Source: a virus (Duplodnaviria; Caudoviricetes). From it: a DNA stretch of 44,353 nucleotides. The stretch covers positions 1 to 44,353 of the IMG/VR virus record IMGVR_UViG_3300017766_001190, one strand, 5' to 3'. Both the position numbers and the translations under genes were made by a program. Under the pieces are notes generated by a model. It saw only the letters and a list, made by a program, of their open reading frames with translations. It was not told the DNA's origin and made no database searches. Positions 8,257 through 18,400 of the stretch are shown here, in pieces (the first letter of the stretch is position 1; each line of letters opens with the position of its first letter).

Positions 8257-9218
8257 TTTTCATTATACTCTTTAGGAAATTCAATTTTTTTCATTCCTAT
8301 GTGTCTACCTAATCCAGTAGCTATTTCTTTAACTTTTGCTCTTATTGCTTTAGCTCTTTCAGTTGCTTCTTTTGTGGATATTCTTTCTACTGGCTTTGGT
8401 TTTTCATGGCTAGACTCTAATAATTGAACTGACTCATTTATTAGAAGATTAGCAATTCTTTCATATTCAGTATGAGCATAGAGTCTTCTAGCAATTCTTC
8501 CTCTTGAGCTGAGTTTTTGTCCAAAAGGATTTCCAGATTGTCTATCTCTAAATTTACCAGTTTTTAAATAGCCTGCACCTATTGGATTTAAATATGACTC
8601 TGGACTAAAGCCTTTACGCTTAATACTTACACCAGATCCTAATCCACTCTTTTCATATGCTCCAGAAAATTTATCAGCAGTATTCCTAGATTTTAATAAA
8701 GAAGATTGTAATTCTTTACTATACTTAGATGGGTTAGCAGCAAACTTAGCTTTCCACATTTTCTGTCTTGCAGATTCAGCTTTATCTAAGGCAGCTCTTG
8801 CGGGATGATTTTCAATTGAAGATCCATCAGATGGAGTCTTATATCCCACAGAACCTAAAGACTTAGCATATTCTCTCATGCTAGATCTGTAGTCCTTTGA
8901 AGCTAAACCAGCTTGCTTTTCTCTTCCCTTAGCAACAGAAGATTCTCTACGTTTTCTAGTAGCTGCTGCTACATCAGAGGCTTTTTTAGCACTAAACTGA
9001 GCTAGTTTTCCAGCAGCCTTGCCAAAACCTGTGCTTAAAACGCCAGCAGTTTTACCTAGTATTCCACCAATGAATTCTAGAAGAATCTCATCATCTTCTA
9101 AAACCATCTCCATAACTAAAGGTAAATGATCTTCAGGAACACCACATTCAGTTAAAAATGAAGTTAAGGTGTCTTCTTGTTTTAATTCAAGAAGTTCAGA
9201 TTCAGTAAGAAGAATCAT
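8253..9218 (-). CDS. Putative internal head protein (acidic leader, basic body)
   Basis: 321 aa. An acidic region of about 48 aa ends ILLE, then a K/R/S/A-rich body and the internal motif EYERIANLLINE. Confidence 0.62.
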   Translation of the reverse strand: MILLTESELLELKQEDTLTSFLTECGVPEDHLPLVMEMVLEDDEILLEFIGGILGKTAGVLSTGFGKAAGKLAQFSAKKASDVAAATRKRRESSVAKGREKQAGLASKDYRSSMREYAKSLGSVGYKTPSDGSSIENHPARAALDKAESARQKMWKAKFAANPSKYSKELQSSLLKSRNTADKFSGAYEKSGLGSGVSIKRKGFSPESYLNPIGAGYLKTGKFRDRQSGNPFGQKLSSRGRIARRLYAHTEYERIANLLINESVQLLESSHEKPKPVERISTKEATERAKAIRAKVKEIATGLGRHIGMKKIEFPKEYNEK

Positions 9219-9223
9219 GGAAA

Positions 9224-9583
9224 TTACTCCTCGTCTTCTTCGTCTTCTTCTTCGTATTCTTCTTCGTCTTCGAAATCTTCTTCCGACTCTTCATCTGAGT
9301 CTTCTAAGTCTTCTTCAGACTCTTCTTCGTAGGCATCTTCAACAGCCTCGTTTAAGGTTTCTTCTACGGCTGAGAAGACCTGTAACATGGCTGCGCTGTG
9401 CTCAAGAAGTGACTCTTCGCTAATTGCCTCGTCGAGTTGTGACTGGCATAGAGGGCAAACGTGAACAGGAGCTTCCTCAGCTTCGTTCATGTCCTTGCAC
9501 TCGTCTATTTGCTGGCCCTTACGGAGTTCCCAGTTGGCTTGTTCAGTAATTGCCTTGACATAATCTTTTGATACTTGTGACAT
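9224..9583 (-). CDS. Very acidic prohead core protein (gp67-like position/composition) with a CPLC motif
   Basis: 119 aa with an E/D-rich tail and an AGGAG RBS. It is the first gene of the head cluster and has capsid-like raised GC. Confidence 0.6.
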   Translation of the reverse strand: MSQVSKDYVKAITEQANWELRKGQQIDECKDMNEAEEAPVHVCPLCQSQLDEAISEESLLEHSAAMLQVFSAVEETLNEAVEDAYEEESEEDLEDSDEESEEDFEDEEEYEEEDEEDEE

Positions 9584-9607
9584 AATTTTATCTCCTTTGA
9601 GAGTAAT

Positions 9608-9621
9608 CCTATCTTTATTTA
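9608..9621 (-). promoter_or_regulatory. Putative late promoter TAAATAAAGATAGG heading the head-gene cluster
   Basis: Near-identical to 4683-4696. The TAAATA core matches T4-type late promoters. Confidence 0.55.
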
Positions 9622-9667
9622 GAATCTAGATAGTTAAAAAACAATATTATTTTATTTTTTGTATATT

Positions 9668-9985
9668 TTAACCCGGAATATTATTATTTGCAAAGACGTT
9701 TGGAGGGGGTAATCCAACTCCTGCAACAGCACCACATTGAATCAGATCCCCTTGTCTATGTACTCCAGATCCATTAACAAATACATTTGTGGATCCCCCG
9801 ATGGCTTGTCCCATGGCATGAGATATTAAAATCGTAGAGTGAACATTAAGATAATCAGTGCCTATAGTTACCACTCCCTTACCATTAATAAATACATTTA
9901 AAGATCCAACCGAGGGAACAGCAGGATAAAATAAATGAGTTAAACTATCTGAATAATCTAATGTGGCTCTTATTATTGCTGGCAT
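9668..9985 (-). CDS. PAAR-domain spike tip protein (T4 gp5.4-like)
   Basis: Repeats GSLNVFINGKGV, GSTNVFVNGSGVHRQGD and NVFAN, with His/His/His/Cys candidate metal ligands. Confidence 0.88.
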   Translation of the reverse strand: MPAIIRATLDYSDSLTHLFYPAVPSVGSLNVFINGKGVVTIGTDYLNVHSTILISHAMGQAIGGSTNVFVNGSGVHRQGDLIQCGAVAGVGLPPPNVFANNNIPG

Positions 9986-9987
9986 AA

Positions 9988-12900
9988 TTAAACTCCTCCT
10001 TCTCCAAATCCACCTTCTTCTATAGGTGGAACAACAGGAACTTGAGTTACATAAATATTTTGTATTGTAGGTACAGTCTTAGTGGCAACTAGTCTTGTAG
10101 GACTTCTTTCGCTGCCTCTATTAGGTTCTGTTGGACCTTTAACATGATAAATTTTAACTCCAGTTTTATCTCCATTTCTTAATTTAGTTATTAATTGAGG
10201 AGATGCTTTAGTAGTTAAGTTATACAGTGCAGGTCTTTCTAGTGTATTAAGAACGTCATACCATGTTACACCAGAATCCAATACATATTCTTCTTTTAAT
10301 GAGCTTACATGAAGAAGGGTTTCTCTTACTGGGTCTAAGGTTCGTTCAGGAACCTCTAAAGGATTCTTATATGAATTAGAGTAGTTGGAAGTGTCCTGAT
10401 ACTTGCAAATATAAGACTGTGTGCTAAAATCTCCCTCTTTACTTTCTCCTTCTGAGTATAGGAATGAGTTTTGAATATTAAATGGGTGAGTTAAAAGTCC
10501 TACTTTATTTAAAGAAGCATCTGGAGATGGTAGCCAAGTTATAGTTCTTGAACTCCAATCAGAAACAACAGATTCACCTTTAAATAAATCAAATTTAGTT
10601 CTATCAGTAGGAAGAACAACTATGTATCTTGGAATCTTCCTGACGATTATAGGATCAGAATTGTCTAAACTAAATCCAAGGTATTTGTAACTCACATCTC
10701 TGAATGTAAATGTAAATTTATTTCCACTGACAGAATAATTCTTATAATCAATATATTCCCATATACCATCATTATGATTTATAGTTAAAACAAGCCAAGG
10801 GTAAGCTGTAAAAACTATATCTTCATTAAAGGAGGTTATTGAAGAAGTATCATCTTGAACTATAGTATATTCAGCTATAGTATCCACAATATGCTGTTCT
10901 GTGGGTTGAGTAGATTCTTGTATAGTAGAAGTATTTAATTTAAATACATAATGTGATTGAGGATTGTATACAGAAGATGTTAGTTCTATGTACTCATTAT
11001 TGCTAGTTGCAGTTAGTGTAACTTGTTTATCAAATCCTAGATGATACATTATTAGTTGCTCATCCTCATTCTTCAATGTATATGCCCTATGCAAATCAGA
11101 TGTAGGAATAATTTGAATATCTGTTCCATTCTCTAATTGGCATTGTAAGGTATCATTAACTGTGAGATATAAATTTACTAAGCCACCAGATGAATTATAT
11201 GCTTGAATGGAGTCTGTGTTTTTTACTGGTATTGATATTTCTCCAGTTAATGCACTGGCACTTATTTGTTTATTTATATCTTCCGATAAAGGATTCCATA
11301 ATTTAAGAAGGTTAGAAGCATCATTTGAATATACAGTTGGATTTATAGAAACTAGTTTATTCCTAATTAAGGAATATCCAGTAGATTTATTTCTTACTAC
11401 TTCTTCAGGTCTTTCTATTGTTGGTATAGCTTTTCTGTTATTTCGTAATTCTTTTCGCGTTATTCCATAACCAGATTTTTTTGTAAGTTCATATTGTTGT
11501 TTAGGCTTCTGCTCTTCTACATCTCTAATCAATTCTTCTAGATAATCTGTATCTATGTTTTCTATTGTTTGACTAAGTATATGGCTTTTAAATAAGTTAT
11601 TTACAACATATCTCTGTATAGGAATTCCATTATTATATTTTAAGTAATAAAGTTTTTTAAATTCGTCTTTAAGACTCTCTTCTATGTGATTAGAAGTTAT
11701 ATTAGCTGAGTCAATGTTGGCCTCTTCAAAAGTTCCATCAACATTACTTAAGATTCTATCTATACTGTAGTGACGTACTTCTTTAAGTAGATTAGTTCCA
11801 GTTGTGCCCACAGTTGGCAAGAAAGGAGACGTATATACTAATTCATATGGAGTATATTTTAAATCTATCTCTGATGGAATAGATTCAGTAAACTTAGTTA
11901 ATTGCTGATAGTATTGTTGACCTGTAAACTGGGGACTATTAGTTCCGTCTGGAGGAGAAACAACATTTTGTATTACATATTCAGAGTATCCCTCATTAAA
12001 TACTTCTGCATAAATTTTAACGCTAAATGTGGTTAATGGAGGAACTCCATTATATTGAACTAAATGCTGATCATTTATTATGTCATCTGTTATGACAGTT
12101 AAAACTTGATTAGTAGTTACATTTGTTATCGTTACTTGACCTACAGTTCCTACAGGAGTTCCATTAAAAGTTGTACCCCAAAGTACAGACATCCTAATAA
12201 CACCATTTATTATTTCACAATATGCATTAGGTGAAACTATAGTTGGTATTCTAGGATCTGGAGAAGGTGCAACTATTGGTGTTAATATTTCTGTATCCGT
12301 TTCACCATTTAAGCTAGCTACATTTATTACTAAATTATAAGTTGCACCTTGTAATACATTTTGAATTACTATAAAGTGATCTGTAGACTGAGGACTAGTT
12401 AGCGCATATTGATTGTTAACTCCATCATTAACTAGTAATTGAGCATTAGTCAATATTGGATTATTGTTCTGATCCTCAGTTTGGAAAGATACATTTAATT
12501 GAATACTATTATTCTGATAACTAAATTGAGTTTGTACGTTAGTTATAACAGGAACAATTGGAGGATCTACTACTATAGGATCTGTAGTTATCGTAGTAGA
12601 ATAATTTAGAAATAAGAATGCTAAGGTTTTTCTAAAAGTAACCTGTAGAGAATATTGAGTGTCTGGTTCTAATCCAGTGAAAGTAAGTAAATGGTTTTGT
12701 TGAAAAATAGTTGGCTGATTGTAGTTTTGAACGGTTTGTCCTGTTAAAGAATTTATTAGTTTTCCATATACCCATACAAAAGAATCTAATTGAAAAAGTA
12801 TATCTATTGTATCTTCCGTCGTAGTTATTGTGGGAGGTACAATTAGTTTAGGTTTTAAAGGTATAGGTATATTTGGTATATTTGGGTTTCCCGGATCTCC

Positions 12901-13044
12901 TCCATTAGGAATTTTTATTATAGTATCAGTTCCTAATGACGGAGTATTTGGAACAAATATTGTACCTCCATCTAAATCTTCATTTAGTGGGGGAGGTAGT
13001 TGTCCCGGAGGACCAAATCCACAAGGAATACTAACAGTTACCAT
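9988..13044 (-). CDS. Large putative virion protein with Pro-rich N-terminus and Fn3/Ig-like repeats
   Basis: 1018 aa. HLLTFTGLEPDTQYSLQV, HFIVIQNVLQGATYNLVI and HLVQYNGVPPLTTFSVKI resemble three fibronectin-III-like units. Confidence 0.6.
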   Translation of the reverse strand: MVTVSIPCGFGPPGQLPPPLNEDLDGGTIFVPNTPSLGTDTIIKIPNGGDPGNPNIPNIPIPLKPKLIVPPTITTTEDTIDILFQLDSFVWVYGKLINSLTGQTVQNYNQPTIFQQNHLLTFTGLEPDTQYSLQVTFRKTLAFLFLNYSTTITTDPIVVDPPIVPVITNVQTQFSYQNNSIQLNVSFQTEDQNNNPILTNAQLLVNDGVNNQYALTSPQSTDHFIVIQNVLQGATYNLVINVASLNGETDTEILTPIVAPSPDPRIPTIVSPNAYCEIINGVIRMSVLWGTTFNGTPVGTVGQVTITNVTTNQVLTVITDDIINDQHLVQYNGVPPLTTFSVKIYAEVFNEGYSEYVIQNVVSPPDGTNSPQFTGQQYYQQLTKFTESIPSEIDLKYTPYELVYTSPFLPTVGTTGTNLLKEVRHYSIDRILSNVDGTFEEANIDSANITSNHIEESLKDEFKKLYYLKYNNGIPIQRYVVNNLFKSHILSQTIENIDTDYLEELIRDVEEQKPKQQYELTKKSGYGITRKELRNNRKAIPTIERPEEVVRNKSTGYSLIRNKLVSINPTVYSNDASNLLKLWNPLSEDINKQISASALTGEISIPVKNTDSIQAYNSSGGLVNLYLTVNDTLQCQLENGTDIQIIPTSDLHRAYTLKNEDEQLIMYHLGFDKQVTLTATSNNEYIELTSSVYNPQSHYVFKLNTSTIQESTQPTEQHIVDTIAEYTIVQDDTSSITSFNEDIVFTAYPWLVLTINHNDGIWEYIDYKNYSVSGNKFTFTFRDVSYKYLGFSLDNSDPIIVRKIPRYIVVLPTDRTKFDLFKGESVVSDWSSRTITWLPSPDASLNKVGLLTHPFNIQNSFLYSEGESKEGDFSTQSYICKYQDTSNYSNSYKNPLEVPERTLDPVRETLLHVSSLKEEYVLDSGVTWYDVLNTLERPALYNLTTKASPQLITKLRNGDKTGVKIYHVKGPTEPNRGSERSPTRLVATKTVPTIQNIYVTQVPVVPPIEEGGFGEGGV

Positions 13045-13046
13045 AT

Positions 13047-15365
13047 TTACTTAAGTATTATGTTGCTAAATCCACCTGTAGGTTTTTGAATTATTCTATT
13101 GAAATATCCTTGAGGAAATCCAGTAATTTTAAAACTTACTGTTGGATAAGTACAAGCTCCCATCCTTGGATTTTTTATCTGTACGTCACTAAATCTACCA
13201 TTATCGTCTCCAGCACTACCATTTGGATAAGAATCCTGCTCTAATTGTTGCAGGAAATTATTTGGCGCTCCCGGCCATCCTAAATCTAATGTTCTAATTG
13301 CAAATCCAGAATAACCAAAAGCATCCCTGTTTCTTCTTGGCTCTCTACCTTCTCCAGTATCACCATTATGGATATTACTTACAAAGTTTCTACCAATTTG
13401 ATTGGCTATCCAACTTATGTAAATAACAAAATATGTAGGTTTTTTTTCTACCCATATACCACTTATTCCTCCCATACCAAAATATCTAGTTTTATAATCA
13501 GTTTGAAATCTACTAGTTTGATGAATACAATTTTCTAATGTAACATCTACAGTATAATCTATCATATTAAAAGATGTTGGTCGTACAAAATCTATTCTTT
13601 TTTGACACCAGTGTATACAGGTGCTGCCATAGTTTCCTTTCCAAGCTTCATTTCCAAGTCTTTTTCTTATTAGAGAATTGTTTATATCCGTAGGATCTTC
13701 TGTTCCTGCTCCTACATCAAATTGACCCCCATTAGCATAATAAGAATTTATATAGTCGTTTCTTCTTTGTCCCGCATTACCATTATCTTGTGATGGAACA
13801 TTATATGTCCACCAATCAGCTAAATCCCAATCTGGTAAAACTGGAACATCTCTAAATAGTTCAGGGTCGTTTTCGCTTAAGTTTTGAGCTAGATGCATTC
13901 TAATTGCGCCTTCAGGACCAAACTTTTTCCCACCCCAAATAGTTCCACCGCCAACAACTCTAGGAATAACCGCTTCATCAGACCCTTGCTGTACTGAGGT
14001 TATTCTAGTATTTAATTGATTAAATATAGAATTAAGTTGATAATCTAACTGGAACTGACCTACAGCAGGATTAGCGGGAGATAATGGGGGTGATGCCATT
14101 AAAATTCCTGCGCGTTCGTTATAAGTTAATTCGTTGGTCTTAAAGAAAGGTCTAATATCAATGATATCATCATTTGTAATTACCTGACTTCCACCAACAT
14201 TAATATTTGCATCAGCTTTTACACGAACATAACAAACAGGGAAAACTGTTTGACCTATTAATTGGAAGCTACTAGTTTCTAATCCTTCAACTAAATTTGG
14301 AGCTAAGTTCATTAAATCTTCAGGTAATGGGAAAGATCCATGAATGTTTCTTTGTTTAAATCCATTATTAGGATTATTTTCATCAGCAGCATTACCTAGT
14401 ATCTGGGAATTATTATCTTCATCTACTACTTCTGTAACAGTATTAGCGTTATTTACGTTTGTATTAGTTGTAAATACAGCTCCTGCACCTTTTAATATAC
14501 CTAAAGTAGGTTTGTTAATTACTCTTGGAGTTCCATTAGTAAATGAATTTAATGCGGTTGAATTTGCATCTATTGGATGTGAATAAATAAATACTAAGTC
14601 TATTCTAGAGGTTGCTGTAGTATTTGCTCCATCTACTTTAAAATCATTTGCATCAAATGGAGGAATTTCAATTTGTAGTTCTTCATGCACATTTACAATT
14701 GACATTCTTCCTACACCACGATACATCTTAACAAACTCTGCTGATATCTTAGGAAGATCTAAAAATGATCCAAGAGTTCCTTGGAATGATCTCCAGAAGG
14801 GAGCACCATTTAATAAAGGCCACTGATACCCATCTTCTGCTCCTGTTATGGAAGGTTTACCATTTACTATGGTGTAAGAAAGTACAGCATCTGGGTTTGT
14901 TAACGGAATCTGAAAGACTCTTTCAGATAAACCATTTAAGTTCATTGAGTTAGATTCTAGTGTTCCTTGTAAATTAGCTACAAAAGCATTAAATGCATTA
15001 GTTGAAATACTTCCAGCATATTGTCTAAATTGGCCCGGAACAAATTGATTAAATAGTCTAACATTTTGTAGTGAGCTTACTGAATAAGCATCATTTATTC
15101 TGGAGTGGTATTGACCGGGATTTACATAGACTATATTGTCTGTACCATTAGCAAATGGTTTCAATTCATTGAATCCAGATCTATCAATTCCATCATTTGC
15201 TGATGTTGCAACTTCTTGAATAAATTCTATTTGATCTTTTAACCATCTATCATTTTCCATTAGTTGCTGTAATGGAAGATTATCAATAACAAAGTGATAA
15301 GGATCATTAGCCTTAAATACTCTAATTGGATCTGTAAATTTATGAGTGCTATTATTAAATGTCAT
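13047..15365 (-). CDS. Putative tail fibre / baseplate-associated protein
   Basis: 772 aa. N-terminal DNLPLQQLMENDRWLK fibre-anchor-like helix, plus RIDLVFI and IIDIRPF motifs seen in phage tail proteins. GAGGT RBS. Confidence 0.6.
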   Translation of the reverse strand: MTFNNSTHKFTDPIRVFKANDPYHFVIDNLPLQQLMENDRWLKDQIEFIQEVATSANDGIDRSGFNELKPFANGTDNIVYVNPGQYHSRINDAYSVSSLQNVRLFNQFVPGQFRQYAGSISTNAFNAFVANLQGTLESNSMNLNGLSERVFQIPLTNPDAVLSYTIVNGKPSITGAEDGYQWPLLNGAPFWRSFQGTLGSFLDLPKISAEFVKMYRGVGRMSIVNVHEELQIEIPPFDANDFKVDGANTTATSRIDLVFIYSHPIDANSTALNSFTNGTPRVINKPTLGILKGAGAVFTTNTNVNNANTVTEVVDEDNNSQILGNAADENNPNNGFKQRNIHGSFPLPEDLMNLAPNLVEGLETSSFQLIGQTVFPVCYVRVKADANINVGGSQVITNDDIIDIRPFFKTNELTYNERAGILMASPPLSPANPAVGQFQLDYQLNSIFNQLNTRITSVQQGSDEAVIPRVVGGGTIWGGKKFGPEGAIRMHLAQNLSENDPELFRDVPVLPDWDLADWWTYNVPSQDNGNAGQRRNDYINSYYANGGQFDVGAGTEDPTDINNSLIRKRLGNEAWKGNYGSTCIHWCQKRIDFVRPTSFNMIDYTVDVTLENCIHQTSRFQTDYKTRYFGMGGISGIWVEKKPTYFVIYISWIANQIGRNFVSNIHNGDTGEGREPRRNRDAFGYSGFAIRTLDLGWPGAPNNFLQQLEQDSYPNGSAGDDNGRFSDVQIKNPRMGACTYPTVSFKITGFPQGYFNRIIQKPTGGFSNIILK

Positions 15366-15387
15366 ATGTTATATTACCTCACGGGTA

Positions 15388-15447
15388 TTACTTAGGTCTT
15401 CCACATCACCCACCGGGTTTTTTAGTTTTTATTCTTATCTTTCCCAT
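15388..15447 (-). CDS. Candidate micro-ORF MGKIRIKTKKPGG(UGA)CGRPK; possible selenopeptide or read-through leader
   Basis: The ATG overlaps the upstream stop (TAATG). In-frame TGA at 15406-15408 and TAA at 15388-15390, with a hairpin downstream. It occupies most of an unusually large (81-bp) gap in an otherwise tightly packed tail operon. Confidence 0.4.
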
Positions 15448-18400
15448 TATACATCTCTTGATAAGTCAAATATGTTAACTGAGTATAATCCTTGACCACT
15501 TCCTATAGTTAAAGTATCAAAACCTTCTGAGTTTGATACTCCTGTACTATAATATATTGTACAGAAAGGTATTCTTCCAGATCTTCTAAGTGCTCCATTT
15601 TTAGCATTAGCAAAGGTATCAGCAGCAGATTGATCTAATCTAATCCTACTTCTGAAGCTAGGATCTATAAATGCAGACGTAGTAAAAAACGATGATGTTG
15701 CTCCTATATCAGAGTAAATTGCGGATACTTCAGGAACAGCACTTAAAGATCCAGAGGGATTGTAACCTTGAGCATACGCTTGGTATGCAGAGTTATAAAT
15801 TAATTGTGAGTTATTATAATAATTTAAGAACTTTGCTGGACCATCTACTGAAACCATCAACCTAAAGGGTCCATAGTTTCTTGCAGATGCAGATCCAGAA
15901 GCACCATAATGATCTAAAACGCTCAATCTTCCTGTATCAGGAACAGATGATGGAACAGCAGAAGCTATGGAATTTCCTGATAAATAAACTGCTGAAGGAC
16001 CATAATATCCTGCAAGACTTGGATACATTCCGCTTACTGAACAGTACGATGCATTTAGATAAGAATTTGGGCCTATATTCCAAATTCTTAACATATCACA
16101 GTTTCTTCCAGAACTCGCATCATATAGAATTCCAGAAGTATTATCCCATCCACAAGGGAAGTGAACATTTTTAACATTAATTATACTACCATTTATTGCC
16201 CTTACACACATTCCACCATTCGATATTTGATTTATCTGAGAAATAGAAGTAGCACTATTAAATGGATTTAATAATATATATCTTGTGGTTACTGAATTAT
16301 TTTGTTCAATAGATCCATTTACTACTCTCATATTATCAGAAGCTAAGGCTCCAATACCATTAGGATAAAACTGCATATAACCACCTGATGTATACAGTTG
16401 AATATCTTGGGAATAAGGAGTATCTGCATTTATGGTTCCTGTCCAGAAAGAATGCATAGAACCTAAATCTTCCATATTTATCACAGAATTTCTATTTGCA
16501 ACTAAACAAGATCTAATTGCATGAATTTCTACTATTGTATGATTACTTGCTGAAGATAAGTTAAATTCTTGTTGTAAAATATTGCCGTAGTCATTTTTAT
16601 GTGGATTAAAATTAATTACTGAATTATCTTCAGCTAATACTCCAACTCCTGCATTTCCTATAAGTGTCGGTCCTTGGAATTCTACTGTAGAATGATTTCC
16701 AGCATAAATATTTGCTGTATTATCGGTTACTCCATTTGGACCTTGTAAGTAAGTTATTTTGGATCCATCACCAATGAATATTATTTTTGAATTATTTAAT
16801 GCAGTAGCTAATAATCCATATATTGGATAATCCATTATTAAAGTATCAAAAGTTTTAATATAAGGTCTAATAAGTTTAGCAACAGAATTATTTATTACTC
16901 TAAATGAGGGAACAGTAGTATCTCCTCCAGTAGGTAAATCAGTTCCTGTGCAGTATTTCATATAAAACATACCATACTTATTTGGAATATCTACTGCTTC
17001 TGTATAAGCTATTTTAGAATTATTTAAAGTAAGATGGCATCCATTTCTATTAAAGTAGTATTGACCGTCTGTATCTATGGCGTTTACTTTAGAGAATTGA
17101 TTTAAACTTTGATTATAAGATATATCAGAATTGTTAGATCTTATACCATGAGACTGATTGTATTCAACAGTGCATTCATTCATTTGTAGTTTAGAGTTAA
17201 CTAAGTCTAAACCAATATCATTAGTATGTGTATCTAATCTTCCGGGTATTTCTATTACGGAATTATCTGCTTTAATTCCAACAGTGTTATGGAAAGCTTG
17301 TATGAAATTTACACCAGAAGAAACAGTGTCTTTTCTAGCAGTCCCTCCAGACCAGTTAGAATTTATTAATTCTATTCCATAGTAGTTCTTTGTAGCGTGA
17401 ATTATTTCTTCTACACCTGAGACATATGGAGAAGTGCTGAGAGTTACATTACTGTTTATTAATCTAAATCCAGCAGATTTGTAAGAGGATCTTGAGTTAG
17501 AAGAGTTTAATGTATAGTTTCTCATGGCGACAGCACCACGATTTAGAACTACATCTGAGTTTACAAACTTGAATCCCGCTTCTTTACATCTAACTGCTAA
17601 GGCATTTTCTATTGTAAGTTTACTATTAACTATCTCATAGCCATTTACAGTATTGTGTGATAGTGTTCCAGCTTGTCCTGAAGCTCCATCAACAGCAAAG
17701 TTTCTTATAAATACTGGACCATTGCAGTTTTGTATTTTAATGCTATTGAACCAGTTACCATAGAAATAACCAGTAATGGGATGATCTATTACAGATGCTA
17801 CTTCATTTCTAACTCTTCCGTCTGTCTCACCATTAGTTGTAGTTCCAGTCATATATGTTGCATCTAACAAATTTTGAGACTGGAAATCTGCTGATAAAGT
17901 TAAATCATATGTAACATCATAGTTAACATAATTAACCATATTAGCAGATGTAGGGCTTATTATTGATGTATTATCATTAATTCCTAATGAAAGAATTGAA
18001 GATCCCGGACCTGTAGCCAACGCTGCATCAGAGTATGCATGAGCACGGTTTAGATATACAATTTGATTTTTTCTACTCCAACGAGTATCAGCACTTACTG
18101 ACACTGAACTGCATACCTTAGAGTTTAAACTTACTATCTTAGTATTAAGTAATGTATTGAATAGATCTATGGAAGACAGGTAGTAGTTTGCACCTCTAAT
18201 GGTGCTCTTATTACCATCAGATGACTTTCCGTAAACTTTAGAGAAGTTTCTATTTATTATTTCTATTCCACCATTATCTTTAAATTTTAAATTATTTAAC
18301 TCTAAAGAGCCTAATGAACCGAAGTTAGCAACCTCAATTATAATTGGGTAGGTAATAACCTCTGGTAATGCATTAATGACTGAGCTAACAGACTTAAAGA

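Noticed and set aside
9224-9330. TCTTC/TCGTC-rich quasi-repeat
   Set aside because: It is the coding sequence for the poly-Glu/Asp tail, not an independent repeat element.
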